Source of the DNA: Leptogorgia sarmentosa
Lineage: Eukaryota
Assembly: GCA_964658305.1 (NCBI GenBank)
Contig: OZ210885.1
Coordinates: forward strand, 16,802,001-16,866,000
DNA length: 64,000 bases
Direction of reading: 5' to 3'
A program made the translations under genes and the position numbers. Positions 24,401-38,400 of the stretch are shown one piece after another. The notes beneath the pieces were generated by a model, which was not told the origin of the DNA, searched no databases, and saw only the letters and a program-made list of their open reading frames with translations. Within the stretch, counting starts at the first letter, position 1, and the number at the start of each line of letters is the position of its first letter.

Positions 24401-27400
24401 CTGATCACCGAAGTTAAGCGTAGGTGGGAAAAGTTAGTACTTGGATGGGTGAGCACCTGGGAATACTTTGTGTTGTAGATTTGCTTCATTTTATTGTATG
24501 TGTGTTTTTAAATAGGTTTGCTTTCAATTTCAACTTCAGGGTTTTGTTATTGTTACACGTTTAAAAAGTGTAACTTCCATCAACAAATGTCTACGACCAT
24601 ACCAGTAGGAAAATACCGGTTCTCGTCTGATCACCGAAGTTAGGCCTAGGTGGGCAAAGTTAGTACTTGGATGGGTGACCACCTGGGAATACTTTGTGTT
24701 GTAGACTTGCTTCATTTTACTGTATGTGTGTTTGTAAATAGGTTTGCTTTCAATGCAAACTTCAGGGATTTTGTTATTGCTACATCTGGAAATACTTTGT
24801 ATTGTTGTTTTGCTAAATGTTATTTAATCCCTATTTGTAAATATAATTCCTTTTAATTTCAACTTCAGGGTTTTGTTATTGTTACACGTTTAAAAAGTGT
24901 AACTTCCATCAACAAATGCCTACGACCGTACGAGTAGGAAAATACCGGTTCTCGTCTGATCACCGAAGTTAAGCCTAGGTGGGCAAAGTTAGTAGTTGGA
25001 TGGGTGACCACCTGGGAATACTTTGCGTTGTAGACTTGCTTCATTTTGTTGTATGTGTGTTTGTAAGTAGGTTTGCTTTCAATTTCAACTTCAGGGTTTT
25101 GTTATTGTTACACGTTTAAAAATTAACTTCCATCAACAAATGTCTACGACCATACCAGTAGGAAAATACCGGTTCTCGTCTGATCACCGAAGTTAAGCCT
25201 AGGTGGGAAAAGTTAGTACTTGGATGGGTGACCACCTGGGAATACTTTGTGTTGTAGACTTGCTTGATTTTATTGTATGTGTGTTTGTAAATAGGTTTGC
25301 TTTCAATTTCAACTTCAGGGTTTTGTTATTGTTACACGTTTAAAAAGTGTAACTTCCATCAACAAATGTCTACGACCATACCAGTAGGAAAATACCGGTT
25401 CTCGTCTGATCACCGAAGTTAAGTCTAGGTGGGAAAAGTTAGTACTTGGATGGGTGACCACCTGGGAATACTTTGTGTTGTAGACTTGCTTGATTTTATT
25501 GTATGTGTGTTTGTAAATAGGTTTGCTTTCAATTTCAACTTCAGGGTTTTGTTATTGTTACACGTTTAAAAAGTGTAACTTCAATCAACAAATGTCTACG
25601 ACCATACCAGTAGGAAAATACCGGTTCTCGTCTGATCACCGAAGTTAAGCCTTGGTGGGCAAAGTTAGTACTTGGATGGGTGACCACCTGGGAATACTTT
25701 GTGTTGTAGACTTGCTTGATTTTATTGTATGTGTGTTTGTAAATAGGTTTGCTTTCAATTTCAACTTCAGGGTTTTGTTATTGTTACACGTTTAAAAAGT
25801 GTAACTTCCATCAACAAATGTCTACGACCATACCAGTAGGAAAATACCGGTTCTCGTCTGATCACCGAAGTTAAGCCTAGGTGGGCAAAGTTAGTACTTG
25901 GATGGGTGACCACCTGGGAATACTTTGTGTTGTAGACTTGCTTCATTTTATTGTATGTGTGTTTGTAAATAGGTTTGCTTTCAATGTAAACTTCAGGGAT
26001 TTTGTTATTGCTACATCTGGAAATACTTTGTATTGTTGTTTTCCTAAATGTTATTTAATGCCTATTTGTAAATATAATTCCTTTCAACTTCAACTTCAGG
26101 GTTTTGTTATTGTTACACGTTTAAAAAGTGTAACTTCCATCAACAAGTGTCTACGACCATACCAGTAAGAAAATACCGGTTCTCGTCTGATCACCGAAGT
26201 TAAGCCTAGGTGGGCAAAGTTAGTAGTTGGATGGGTGACCACCTGGGAATACTTTGTGTTGTAGACTTGCTTCATTTTGTTGTATGTGTGTTTGTAAGTA
26301 GGTTTGCTTTCAATTTCAACTTCAGTGTTTTGTTATTGTTACACATTTAAAAAGTGTAACTTCCATCAACAAATGTCTACGACCATACCAGTAGGAAAAT
26401 ACCGGTTCTCGTCTGATCACTGAAGTTAAGCCTAGGTGGGCAAAGTTAGTACTTGGATGGGTGACTACCTGGGAATACTTTGTGTTGTAGACTTGCTTCA
26501 TTTTATTGTATGTGTGTTTGTAAATAGGTTTGCTTTCAATTTCAACTTCAGGGTTTTGTTATTGTTACACGTTTAAAAAGTGTAACTTCCATCAACAAAT
26601 GTCTACGACCGTACGAGTAGGAAAATACCGGTTCTCGTCTGATCACCGAAGTTAAGCCTAGGTGGGCAAAGTTAGTAGTTGGATGGGTGACCACCTGGGA
26701 ATACTTTGCGTTGTAGACTTGCTTCATTTTGTTGTATGTGTGTTTGTAAGTAGGTTTGCTTTCAATTTCAACTTCAGGGTTTTGTTATTGTTACACGTTT
26801 AAAAAGTGTAACTTCCATCAACAAATGTCTACGACCATACCAGTAGGAAAATACCGGTTCTCGTCTGATCACCGAAGTTAAGCCTAGGTGGGCAAAGTTA
26901 GTACTTGGATGGGTGACTACCTGGGAATAATTTGTGTTGTAGACTTGCTTCATTTTATTGTATGTGTGTTTGTAAATAGGTTTGCTTTCAATTTCAACTT
27001 CAGGGTTTTGTTATTGTTACACGTTTAAAAAGTGTAACTTCCATCAACAAATGTCTACGACCATACCAGTAGGAAAATACCGGTTCTCGTCTGATCACCG
27101 AAGTTAAGCCTAGGTGGGAAAAGTTAGTACTTGGATGGGTGACCACCTGGGAATACTTTGTGTTGTAGACTTGCTTGATTTTATTGTATGTGTGTTTGTA
27201 AATAGGTTTGCTTTCAATTTCAACTTCAGGGTTTTGTTATTGTTACACGTTTAAAAAGTGTAACTTCCATCAACAAATGTCTACGACCGTACGAGTAGGA
27301 AAATACCGGTTCTCGTCTGATCACCGAAGTTAAGCCTAGGTGGGCAAAGTTAGTAGTTGGATGGGTGACCACCTGGGAATACTTTGCGTTGTAGACTTGC

Positions 27401-29395
27401 TTCGTTTTGTTGTATGTGTGTTTGTAAGTAGGTTTGCTTTCAATTTCAACTTCAGGGTTTTGTTATTGTTACACGTTTAAAAAGTGTAACTTCCATCAAC
27501 AAATGTCTACGACCATACCAGTAGGAAAATACCGGTTCTCGTCTGATCACCGAAGTTAAGCCTAGGTGGGCAAAGTTAGTACTTGGATGGGTGACTACCT
27601 GGGAATAATTTGTGTTGTAGACTTGCTTCATTTTATTGTATGTGTGTTTGTAAATAGGTTTGCTTTCAATTTCAACTTCAGGGTTTTGTTATTGTTACAC
27701 GTTTAAAAAGTGTAACTTCCATCAACAAATGTCTACGACCATACCAGTAGGAAAATACCGGTTCTCGTCTGATCACCGAAGTTAAGCCTAGGTGGGAAAA
27801 GTTAGTACTTGGATGGGTGACCACCTGGGAATACTTTGTGTTGTAGACTTGCTTGATTTTATTGTATGTGTGTTTGTAAATAGGTTTGCTTTCAATTTCA
27901 ACTTCAGGGTTTTGTTATTGTTACACGTTTAAAAAGTGTAACTTCAATCAACAAATGTCTACGACCATACCAGTAGGAAAATACCGGTTCTCGTCTGATC
28001 ACCGAAGTTAAGCCTAGGTGGGCAAAGTTAGTACTTGGATGGGTGACCACCTGGGAATACTTTGTGTTGTAGACTTGCTTGATTTTATTGTATGTGTGTT
28101 TGTAAATAGGTTTGCTTTCAATTTCAACTTCAGGGTTTTGTTATTGTTACACGTTTAAAAAGTGTAACTTCCATCAACAAATGTCTACGACCATACCAGT
28201 AGGAAAATACCGGTTCTCGTCTGATCACCGAAGTTAAGCCTAGGTGGGCAAAGTTAGTACTTGGATGGGTGACCACCTGGGAATACTTTGTGTTGTAGAC
28301 TTGCTTCGTTTTATTGTATGTGTGTTCGTAAATAGGTTTGCTTTCAATTTCAACTTCAGGGATTTTGTTATTGCTACATCTGGAAATACTTTGTATTGTT
28401 GTTTTCCTAAATGTTATTTAATCCCTATTTGTAAATATAATTCCTTTCAATTTCAACTTCAGGGTTTTGTTATTGTTACACATTTAAAAAGTGTAACTTG
28501 CATCAACAAATGTCTACGACCGTACGAGTAGGAAAATACCGGTTCTCGTCTGATCACCGAAGTTAAGCCTAGGTGGGCAAAGTTAGTATTTGCATGGGTG
28601 ACCACCTGGGAATACTTTGTGTTGTAGACTTACTTCATTTTATTGCATGTGTGTTTGTAAATAGGTTTGCTTTCAATGTAAACTTCAGGGATTTTGTTAT
28701 TGCTACATCTGGAAATACTTTGTATTGTTGTTTTGCTAAATGTTATTTAATGCCTATTTGTAAATATAATTCCTTTCAACTTCAACTTCAGGGTTTTGTT
28801 ATTGTTACACGTTTAAAAAGTGTAACTTCCATCAACAAGTGTCTACAACCATACCAGTAGGAAAATACCGATTCTCGTCTGATCACCGAAGTTAAGCCTA
28901 GGTGGGCAAAGTTAGTAGTTGGATGGGTGACCACCTGGGAATACTTTGTGTTGTAGACTTGCTTCATTTTGTTGTATGTGTGTTTGTAAGTAGGTTTGCT
29001 TTCAATTTCAACTTCAGGGTTTTGTTATTGTTACACGTTTAAAAAGTGTAACTTCCATCAATAAATGTCTACGACCATACCAGTAGGAAAATACCGGTTC
29101 TCGTCTGATCACCGAAGTTAGGCCTAGGTGGGAAAAGTTAGTACTTGGATGGGTGACCACCTGGGAATACTTTGTGTTGTAGACTTGCTTCATTTTATTG
29201 TATGTGTGTTTGTAAATAGGTTTGCTTTCAATTTCAACTTCAGGGATTTTGTTATTGCTACATCTGGAAATATTTTGTATTGTTGTTTTGCTAAATGTTA
29301 TTTAATGCCTATTTGTAAATATAATTCCTTTCAACTTCAACTTCAGGGTTTTATTATTGTTACACGTTTAAAAAGTGTAACTTCCATCAACAAGT

Positions 29396-29493
29396 GTCTT
29401 TAATCCCTATTTGTAAATATAATTCCTTTCAATTTCAACTTCAGGGTTCTGTTATTGTTACACGTTTAAAAAGTGTAACTTCCATCAACAAAT
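29396..29493 (+). pseudogene. Gene-less unit: the first 4 nt of 5S (GTCT) are joined to the distal long spacer; also at about 31611-31708
   Basis: The junction reads CAACAAGTGTCT|TTAATCCCTATTTGTAAATATAATT. The next gene starts 98 bp later, i.e. 231 bp are missing relative to a 329-bp unit. Confidence 0.85.
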
Positions 29494-32400
29494 GCCTACG
29501 ACCGTACGAGTAGGAAAATACCGGTTCTCGTCTGATCACCGAAGTTAAGCCTAGGTGGGTAAAGTTAGCAGTTGGATGGGTGACCACCTGGGAATACTTT
29601 GCGTTGTAGACTTGCTTCGTTTTGTTGTATGTGTGTTTGTAAGTAGGTTTGCTTTCAATTTCAACTTCAGGGTTTTGTTATTGTTACACGTTTAAAAAGT
29701 GTAACTTCCATCAACAAATGTCTACGACCATACCAGTAGGAAAATACCGGTTCTCGTCTGATCACCGAAGTTAAGCCTAGGTGGGCAAAGTTAGTACTTG
29801 GATGGGTGACTACCTGGGAATAATTTGTGTTGTAGACTTGCTTCATTTTATTGTATGTGTGTTTGTAAATAGGTTTGCTTTCAATTTCAACTTCAGGGTT
29901 TTGTTATTGTTACACGTTTAAAAAGTGTAACTTCCATCAACAAATGTCTACGACCATACCAGTAGGAAAATACCGGTTCTCGTCTGATCACCGAAGTTAA
30001 GCCTAGGTGGGAAAAGTTAGTACTTGGATGGGTGACCACCTGGGAATACTTTGTGTTGTAGACTTGCTTGATTTTATTGTATGTGTGTTTGTAAATAGGT
30101 TTGCTTTCAATTTCAACTTCAGGGTTTTGTTATTGTTACACGTTTAAAAAGTGTAACTTCAATCAACAAATGTCTACGACCATACCAGTAGGAAAATACC
30201 GGTTCTCGTCTGATCACCGAAGTTAAGCCTAGGTGGGCAAAGTTAGTACTTGGATGGGTGACCACCTGGGAATACTTTGTGTTGTAGACTTGCTTGATTT
30301 TATTGTATGTGTGTTTGTAAATAGGTTTGCTTTCAATTTCAACTTCAGGGTTTTGTTATTGTTACACGTTTAAAAAGTGTAACTTCCATCAACAAATGTC
30401 TACGACCATACCAGTAGGAAAATACCGGTTCTCGTCTGATCACCGAAGTTAAGCCTAGGTGGGCAAAGTTAGTACTTGGATGGGTGACCACCTGGGAATA
30501 CTTTGTGTTGTAGACTTGCTTCGTTTTATTGTATGTGTGTTCGTAAATAGGTTTGCTTTCAATTTCAACTTCAGGGATTTTGTTATTGCTACATCTGGAA
30601 ATACTTTGTATTGTTGTTTTCCTAAATGTTATTTAATCCCTATTTGTAAATATAATTCCTTTCAATTTCAACTTCAGGGTTTTGTTATTGTTACACATTT
30701 AAAAAGTGTAACTTGCATCAACAAATGTCTACGACCGTACGAGTAGGAAAATACCGGTTCTCGTCTGATCACCGAAGTTAAGCCTAGGTGGGCAAAGTTA
30801 GTATTTGCATGGGTGACCACCTGGGAATACTTTGTGTTGTAGACTTACTTCATTTTATTGCATGTGTGTTTGTAAATAGGTTTGCTTTCAATGTAAACTT
30901 CAGGGATTTTGTTATTGCTACATCTGGAAATACTTTGTATTGTTGTTTTGCTAAATGTTATTTAATGCCTATTTGTAAATATAATTCCTTTCAACTTCAA
31001 CTTCAGGGTTTTGTTATTGTTACACGTTTAAAAAGTGTAACTTCCATCAACAAGTGTCTACAACCATACCAGTAGGAAAATACCGATTCTCGTCTGATCA
31101 CCGAAGTTAAGCCTAGGTGGGCAAAGTTAGTAGTTGGATGGGTGACCACCTGGGAATACTTTGTGTTGTAGACTTGCTTCATTTTGTTGTATGTGTGTTT
31201 GTAAGTAGGTTTGCTTTCAATTTCAACTTCAGGGTTTTGTTATTGTTACACGTTTAAAAAGTGTAACTTCCATCAATAAATGTCTACGACCATACCAGTA
31301 GGAAAATACCGGTTCTCGTCTGATCACCGAAGTTAGGCCTAGGTGGGAAAAGTTAGTACTTGGATGGGTGACCACCTGGGAATACTTTGTGTTGTAGACT
31401 TGCTTCATTTTATTGTATGTGTGTTTGTAAATAGGTTTGCTTTCAATTTCAACTTCAGGGATTTTGTTATTGCTACATCTGGAAATATTTTGTATTGTTG
31501 TTTTGCTAAATGTTATTTAATGCCTATTTGTAAATATAATTCCTTTCAACTTCAACTTCAGGGTTTTATTATTGTTACACGTTTAAAAAGTGTAACTTCC
31601 ATCAACAAGTGTCTTTAATCCCTATTTGTAAATATAATTCCTTTCAATTTCAACTTCAGGGTTCTGTTATTGTTACACGTTTAAAAAGTGTAACTTCCAT
31701 CAACAAATGCCTACGACCGTACGAGTAGGAAAATACCGGTTCTCGTCTGATCACCGAAGTTAAGCCTAGGTGGGTAAAGTTAGCAGTTGGATGGGTGACC
31801 ACCTGGGAATACTTTGCGTTGTAGACTTGCTTCATTTTGTTGTATGTGTGTTTGTAAGTAGGTTTGCTTTCAATTTCAACTTCAGGGTTTTGTTATTGTT
31901 ACACGTTTAAAAAGTGTAACTTCCATCAACAAATGTCTACCACCATACCAGTAGGAAAATACCGGTTCTCGTCTGATCACCGAAGTTAAGCCTAGGTGGG
32001 CAAAGTTAGTACTTGGATGGGTGACTACCTGGGAATACTTTGTGTTGTAGACTTGCTTCATTTTATTGTTTGTGTGTTTGTAAATAGGTTTGCTTTCAAT
32101 TTCAACTTCAGGGTTTTGTTATTGTTACACGTTTAAAAAGTGTAACTTCCATCAACAAATGTCTACGACCATACCAGTAGGAAAATACCGGTTCTCGTCT
32201 GATCACCGAAGTTAAGCCTAGGTGGGCAAAGTTAGTACTTGGATGGGTGACCACCTGGGAATACTTTGTGTTGTAGACTTGCTTCATTTTGTTGTATGTG
32301 TGTTTGTAAGTAGGTTTGCTTTCAATTTCAACTTCAGGGTTTTGTTATTGTTACACGTTTAAAAAGTGTAACTTCCATCAACAAATGTCTACGACCATAC

Positions 32401-35400
32401 CAGTAGGAAAATACCGGTTCTCGTCTGATCACCGAAGTTAAGCCTAGGTGGGCAAAGTTAGTACTTGGATGGGTGACTACCTGGGAATACTTTGTGTTGT
32501 AGACTTGCTTCATTTTATTGTATGTGTGTTTGTAAATAGGTTTGCTTTCAATTTCAACTTCAGGGTTTTGTTATTAATACACACGTTTAAAAAGTGTAAC
32601 TTCCATCAACAAATGTCTACAACCATACCAGTAGGAAAATACCGGTTCTCGTCTGATCACCGAAGTTAGGCCAAGGTGGGAAAAGTTAGTACTTGGATGG
32701 GTGACCACCTGGGAATACTTTGTGTTGTAGACTTGCTTCATTTTATTGTATGTGTGTTTGTAAATAGGTTTGCTTTCAATTTCAACTTCAGGGATTTTGT
32801 TATTGCTACATCTGGAAATACTTTGTATTGTTGTTTTGCTAAATGTTATTTAATGCCTATTTGTAAATATAATTCCTTTCAACTTCAACTTCAGGGTTTT
32901 GTTATTGTTACACGTTTAAAAAGTGTAACTTCCATCAACAAGTGTCTACAACCATACCAGTAGGAAAATACCGATTCTCGTCTGATCACCGAAGTTAAGC
33001 CTAGGTGGGCAAAGTTAGTAGTTGGATGGGTGACCACCTGGGAATACTTTGTGTTGTAGACTTGCTTCATTTTGTTGTATGTGTGTTTGTAAGTAGGTTT
33101 GCTTTCAATTTCAACTTCAGGGTTTTGTTATTGTTACACGTTTAAAAAGTGTAACTTCCATCAATAAATGTCTACGACCATACCAGTAGGAAAATACCGG
33201 TTCTCGTCTGATCACCGAAGTTAGGCCTAGGTGGGAAAAGTTAGTACTTGGATGGGTGACCACCTGGGAATACTTTGTGTTGTAGACTTGCTTCATTTTA
33301 TTGTATGTGTGTTTGTAAATAGGTTTGCTTTCAATTTCAACTTCAGGGATTTTGTTATTGCTACATCTGGAAATATTTTGTATTGTTGTTTTGCTAAATG
33401 TTATTTAATGCCTATTTGTAAATATAATTCCTTTCAACTTCAACTTCAGGGTTTTATTATTGTTACACGTTTAAAAAGTGTAACTTCCATCAACAAGTGT
33501 CTACGACCATACCAGTAGGAAAATACCGGTTCTCGTCTGATCACCGAAGTTAAGCCTAGGTGGGAAAAGTTAGTACTTGGATGGGTGACCACCTGGGAAT
33601 ACTTTGTGTTGTAGACTTGCTTCATTTTATTGTATGTGTGTTTGTAAATAGGTTTGCTTTCAATTTCAACTTCAGGGTTTTGTTATTGTTACACGTTTAA
33701 AAAGTGTAACTTCCATCAACAAATGTCTACGACCATACCAGTAGGAAAATACCGGTTCTCGTCTGATCACCGAAGTTAAGCCTAGGTGGGCAAAGTTAGT
33801 ACTTGGATGGGTGACCACCTGGGAATACTTTGTGTTGTAGACTTGCTTCATTTTATTGTATGTGTGTTTGTAAATAGGTTTGCTTTCAATGTAAACTTCA
33901 GGGATTTTGTTATTGCTACATCTGGAAATACTTTGTATTGTTGTTTTCCTAAATGTTATTTAATGCCTATTTGTAAATATAATTCCTTTCAACTTCAACT
34001 TCAGGGTTTTGTTATTGTTACACGTTTAAAAAGTGTAACTTCCATCAACAAGTGTCTACAACCATACCAGTAGGAAAATACCGATTCTCGTCTGATCACC
34101 GAAGTTAAGCCTAGGTGGGCAAAGTTAGTAGTTGGATGGGTGACCACCTGGGAATACTTTGTGTTGTAGACTTGCTTCATTTTGTTGTATGTGTGTTTGT
34201 AAGTAGGTTTGCTTTCAATTTCAACTTCAGGGTTTTGTTATTGTTACACGTTTAAAAAGTGTAACTTCCATCAATAAATGTCTACGACCATACCAGTAGG
34301 AAAATACCGGTTCTCGTCTGATCACCGAAGTTAGGCCTAGGTGGGAAAAGTTAGTACTTGGATGGGTGACCACCTGGGAATACTTTGTGTTGTAGACTTG
34401 CTTCATTTTATTGTATGTGTGTTTGTAAATAGGTTTGCTTTCAATGTAAACTTCAGGGATTTTGTTATTGCTACATCTGGAAATACTTTGTATTGTTGTT
34501 TTCCTAAATGTTATTTAATGCCTATTTGTAAATATAATTCCTTTCAACTTCAACTTCAGGGTTTTGTTATTGTTACACGTTTAAAAAGTGTAACTTCCAT
34601 CAACAAGTGTCTACAACCATACCAGTAGGAAAATACCGATTCTCGTCTGATCACCGAAGTTAAGCCTAGGTGGGCAAAGTTAGTAGTTGGATGGGTGACC
34701 ACCTGGGAATACTTTGTGTTGTAGACTTGCTTCATTTTGTTGTATGTGTGTTTGTAAGTAGGTTTGCTTTCAATTTCAACTTCAGGGTTTTGTTATTGTT
34801 ACACGTTTAAAAAGTGTAACTTCCATCAATAAATGTCTACGACCATACCAGTAGGAAAATACCGGTTCTCGTCTGATCACCGAAGTTAGGCCTAGGTGGG
34901 AAAAGTTAGTACTTGGATGGGTGACCACCTGGGAATACTTTGTGTTGTAGACTTGCTTCATTTTATTGTATGTGTGTTTGTAAATAGGTTTGCTTTCAAT
35001 TTCAACTTCAGGGATTTTGTTATTGCTACATCTGGAAATATTTTGTATTGTTGTTTTGCTAAATGTTATTTAATGCCTATTTGTAAATATAATTCCTTTC
35101 AACTTCAACTTCAGGGTTTTATTATTGTTACACGTTTAAAAAGTGTAACTTCCATCAACAAGTGTCTACGACCATACCAGTAGGAAAATACCGGTTCTCG
35201 TCTGATCACCGAAGTTAAGCCTAGGTGGGAAAAGTTAGTACTTGGATGGGTGACCACCTGGGAATACTTTGTGTTGTAGACTTGCTTCATTTTATTGTAT
35301 GTGTGTTTGTAAATAGGTTTGCTTTCAATTTCAACTTCAGGGTTTTGTTATTGTTACACGTTTAAAAAGTGTAACTTCCATCAACAAATGTCTACGACCA

Positions 35401-38400
35401 TACCAGTAGGAAAATACCGGTTCTCGTCTGATCACCGAAGTTAAGCCTAGGTGGGCAAAGTTAGTACTTGGATGGGTGACCACCTGGGAATACTTTGTGT
35501 TGTAGACTTGCTTCATTTTATTGTATGTGTGTTTGTAAATAGGTTTGCTTTCAATGTAAACTTCAGGGATTTTGTTATTGCTACATCTGGAAATACTTTG
35601 TATTGTTGTTTTCCTAAATGTTATTTAATGCCTATTTGTAAATATAATTCCTTTCAATTTCAAGTTCAGGGTTTTGTTATTGTTACACATTTAAAAAGTG
35701 TAACTTGCATCAACAAATGTCTACGACCGTACGAGTAGGAAAATACCGGTTCTCGTCTGATCACCGAAGTTAAGCCTAGGTGGGCAAAGTTAGTACTTGG
35801 ATGGGTGACTACCTGCGAATACTTTGTGTTGTAGACTTGCTTCATTTTATTGTATGTGTGTTTGTAAATATAATTCCTTTCAATCTCAACTTCAGGGTTT
35901 TGTTATTGTTACACGTTTAAAAAGTGTAACTTCCATCAATAAATGTCTACGACCATACCACTAGGAAAATACCGGTTCTCGTCTGATCACCGAAGTTAAG
36001 CGTAGGTGGGAAAAGTTAGTACTTGGATGGGTGACCACCTGGGAATAATTTGTGTTGTAGATTTGCTTCATTTTATTGTATGTGTGTTTTTAAATAGGTT
36101 TGCTTTCAATTTCAACTTCAGGGTTTTGTTATTGTTACACGTTTAAAAAGTGTAACTTCCATCAACAAATGTCTACGACCATACCAGTAGGAAAATACCG
36201 GTTCTCGTCTGATCACTGAAGTTAGGCCTAGGTAGGCAAAGTTAGTACTTGGATGGGTGACCACCTGGGAATACTTTGTGTTGTAGACTTGCTTCATTTT
36301 ATTGTATGTGTGTTTGTAAATAGGTTTGCTTTCAATGTAAACTTCAGGGATTTTGTTATTGCTACATCTGGAAATACTTTGTATTGTTGTTTTGCTAAAT
36401 GTTATTTAATCCCTATTTGTAAATATAATTCCTTTCAATTTCAACTTCAGGGTTCTGTTATTGTTACACGTTTAAAAAGTGTAACTTCCATCAAATGCCT
36501 ACGACCGTACGAGTAGGAAAATACCGGTTCTCGTCTGATCACCGAAGTTAAGCCTAGGTGGGTAAAGTTAGCAGTTGGATGGGTGACCACCTGGGAATAC
36601 TTTGCGTTGTAGACTTGCTTCATTTGGTTGTATGTGTGTTTGTAAGTAGGTTTGCTTTCAATTTCAACTTCAGGGTTTTGTTATTGTTACACGTTTAAAA
36701 AGTGTAACTTCCATCAACAAATGTCTACGACCATACCAGTAGGAAAATACCGGTTCTCGTCTGATCACCGAAGTTAAGCCTAGGTGGGGAAAGTTAGTAC
36801 TTGGATGGGTGACTACCTGGGAATACTTTGTGTTGTAGACTTGCTTCATTTTATTGTTTGTGTGTTTGTAAATAGGTTTGCTTCCAATTTCAACTTCAGG
36901 GTTTTGTTATTGTTACACGTTTAAAAAGTGTAACTTCCATCAACAAATGTCTACGACCATACCAGTAGGAAAATACCGGTTCTCGTCTGATCACCGAAGT
37001 TAAGCCTAGGTGGGCAAAGTTAGTACTTGGATGGGTGACCACCTGGGAATACTTTGTGTTGTAGACTTGCTTCATTTTGTTGTATGTGTGTTTGTAAGTA
37101 GGTTTGCTTTCAATTTCAACTTCAGGGTTTTGTTATTGTTACACGTTTAAAAAGTGTAACTTCCATCAACAAATGTCTACGACCATACCAGTAGGAAAAT
37201 ACCGGTTCTCGTCTGATCACCGAAGTTAAGCCTAGGTGGGCAAAGTTAGTACTTGGATGGGTGACTACCTGGGAATACTTTGTGTTGTAGACTTGCTTCA
37301 TTTTATTGTATGTATGTGTGTTTGTAAATAGGTTTGCTTTCAATTTCAACTTCAGGGTTTTGTTATTAATACACACGTTTAAAAAGTGTAACTTCCATCA
37401 ACAAATGTCTACAACCATACCAGTAGGAAAATACCGGTTCTCGTCTGATCACCGAAGTTAGGCCTAGGTGGGAAAAGTTAGTACTTGGATGGGTGACCAC
37501 CTGGGAATACTTTGTGTTGTAGACTTGCTTCATTTTATTGTATGTGTGTTTGTAAATAGGTTTGCTTTCAATTTCAACTTCAGGGTTTTGTTATTGTTAC
37601 ACGTTTAAAAAGTGTAACTTCCATCAACAAATGTCTACCACCATACCAGTAGGAAAATACCGGTTCTCGTCTGATCACCGAAGTAAAGCCTAGGTAAAGC
37701 CTAGGTGGGCAAAGTTAGTACTTGGATGGGTGACCACCTGGGAATACTTTGTGTTGTAGACTTGCTTCATTTTATTGTATGTGTGTTTGTAAGTAGGTTT
37801 GCTTTCAATTTCAACTTCAGGGTTTTGTTATTGTTACACGTTTAAAAAGTGTAAGTTCCATCAACAAATGTTTACGACCATACCAGTAGGAAAATACCGG
37901 TTCTCGTCTGATCACCGAAGTTAAGCCTAGGTGGGCAAAGTTAGTACTTGGATGGGTGACTACCTGGGAATACTTTGTGTTGTAGACTTGCTTCATTTTA
38001 TTGTATGTGTGTTTGTAAATAGGTTTGCTTTCAATTTCAACTTCAGGGTTTTGTTATTGTTACACATTTAAAAAGTGTAACTTCCATCAACAAATGTCTA
38101 CGACCATACCAGTAGGAAAATACCGGTTCTCGTCTGATCACCGAAGTTAGGCCTAGGTGGGAAAAGTTAGTACTTGGATGGGTGACCACCTGGGAATACT
38201 TTGTGTTGTAGACTTGCTTCATTTTATTGTATGTGTGTTTGTAAATAGGTTTGCTTTCAATTTCAACTTCAGGGATTTTGTTATTGCTACATCTGGAAAT
38301 ATTTTGTATTGTTGTTTTGCTAAATGTTATTTAATGCCTATTTGTAAATATAATTCCTTTCAACTTCAACTTCAGGGTTTTATTATTGTTACACGTTTAA

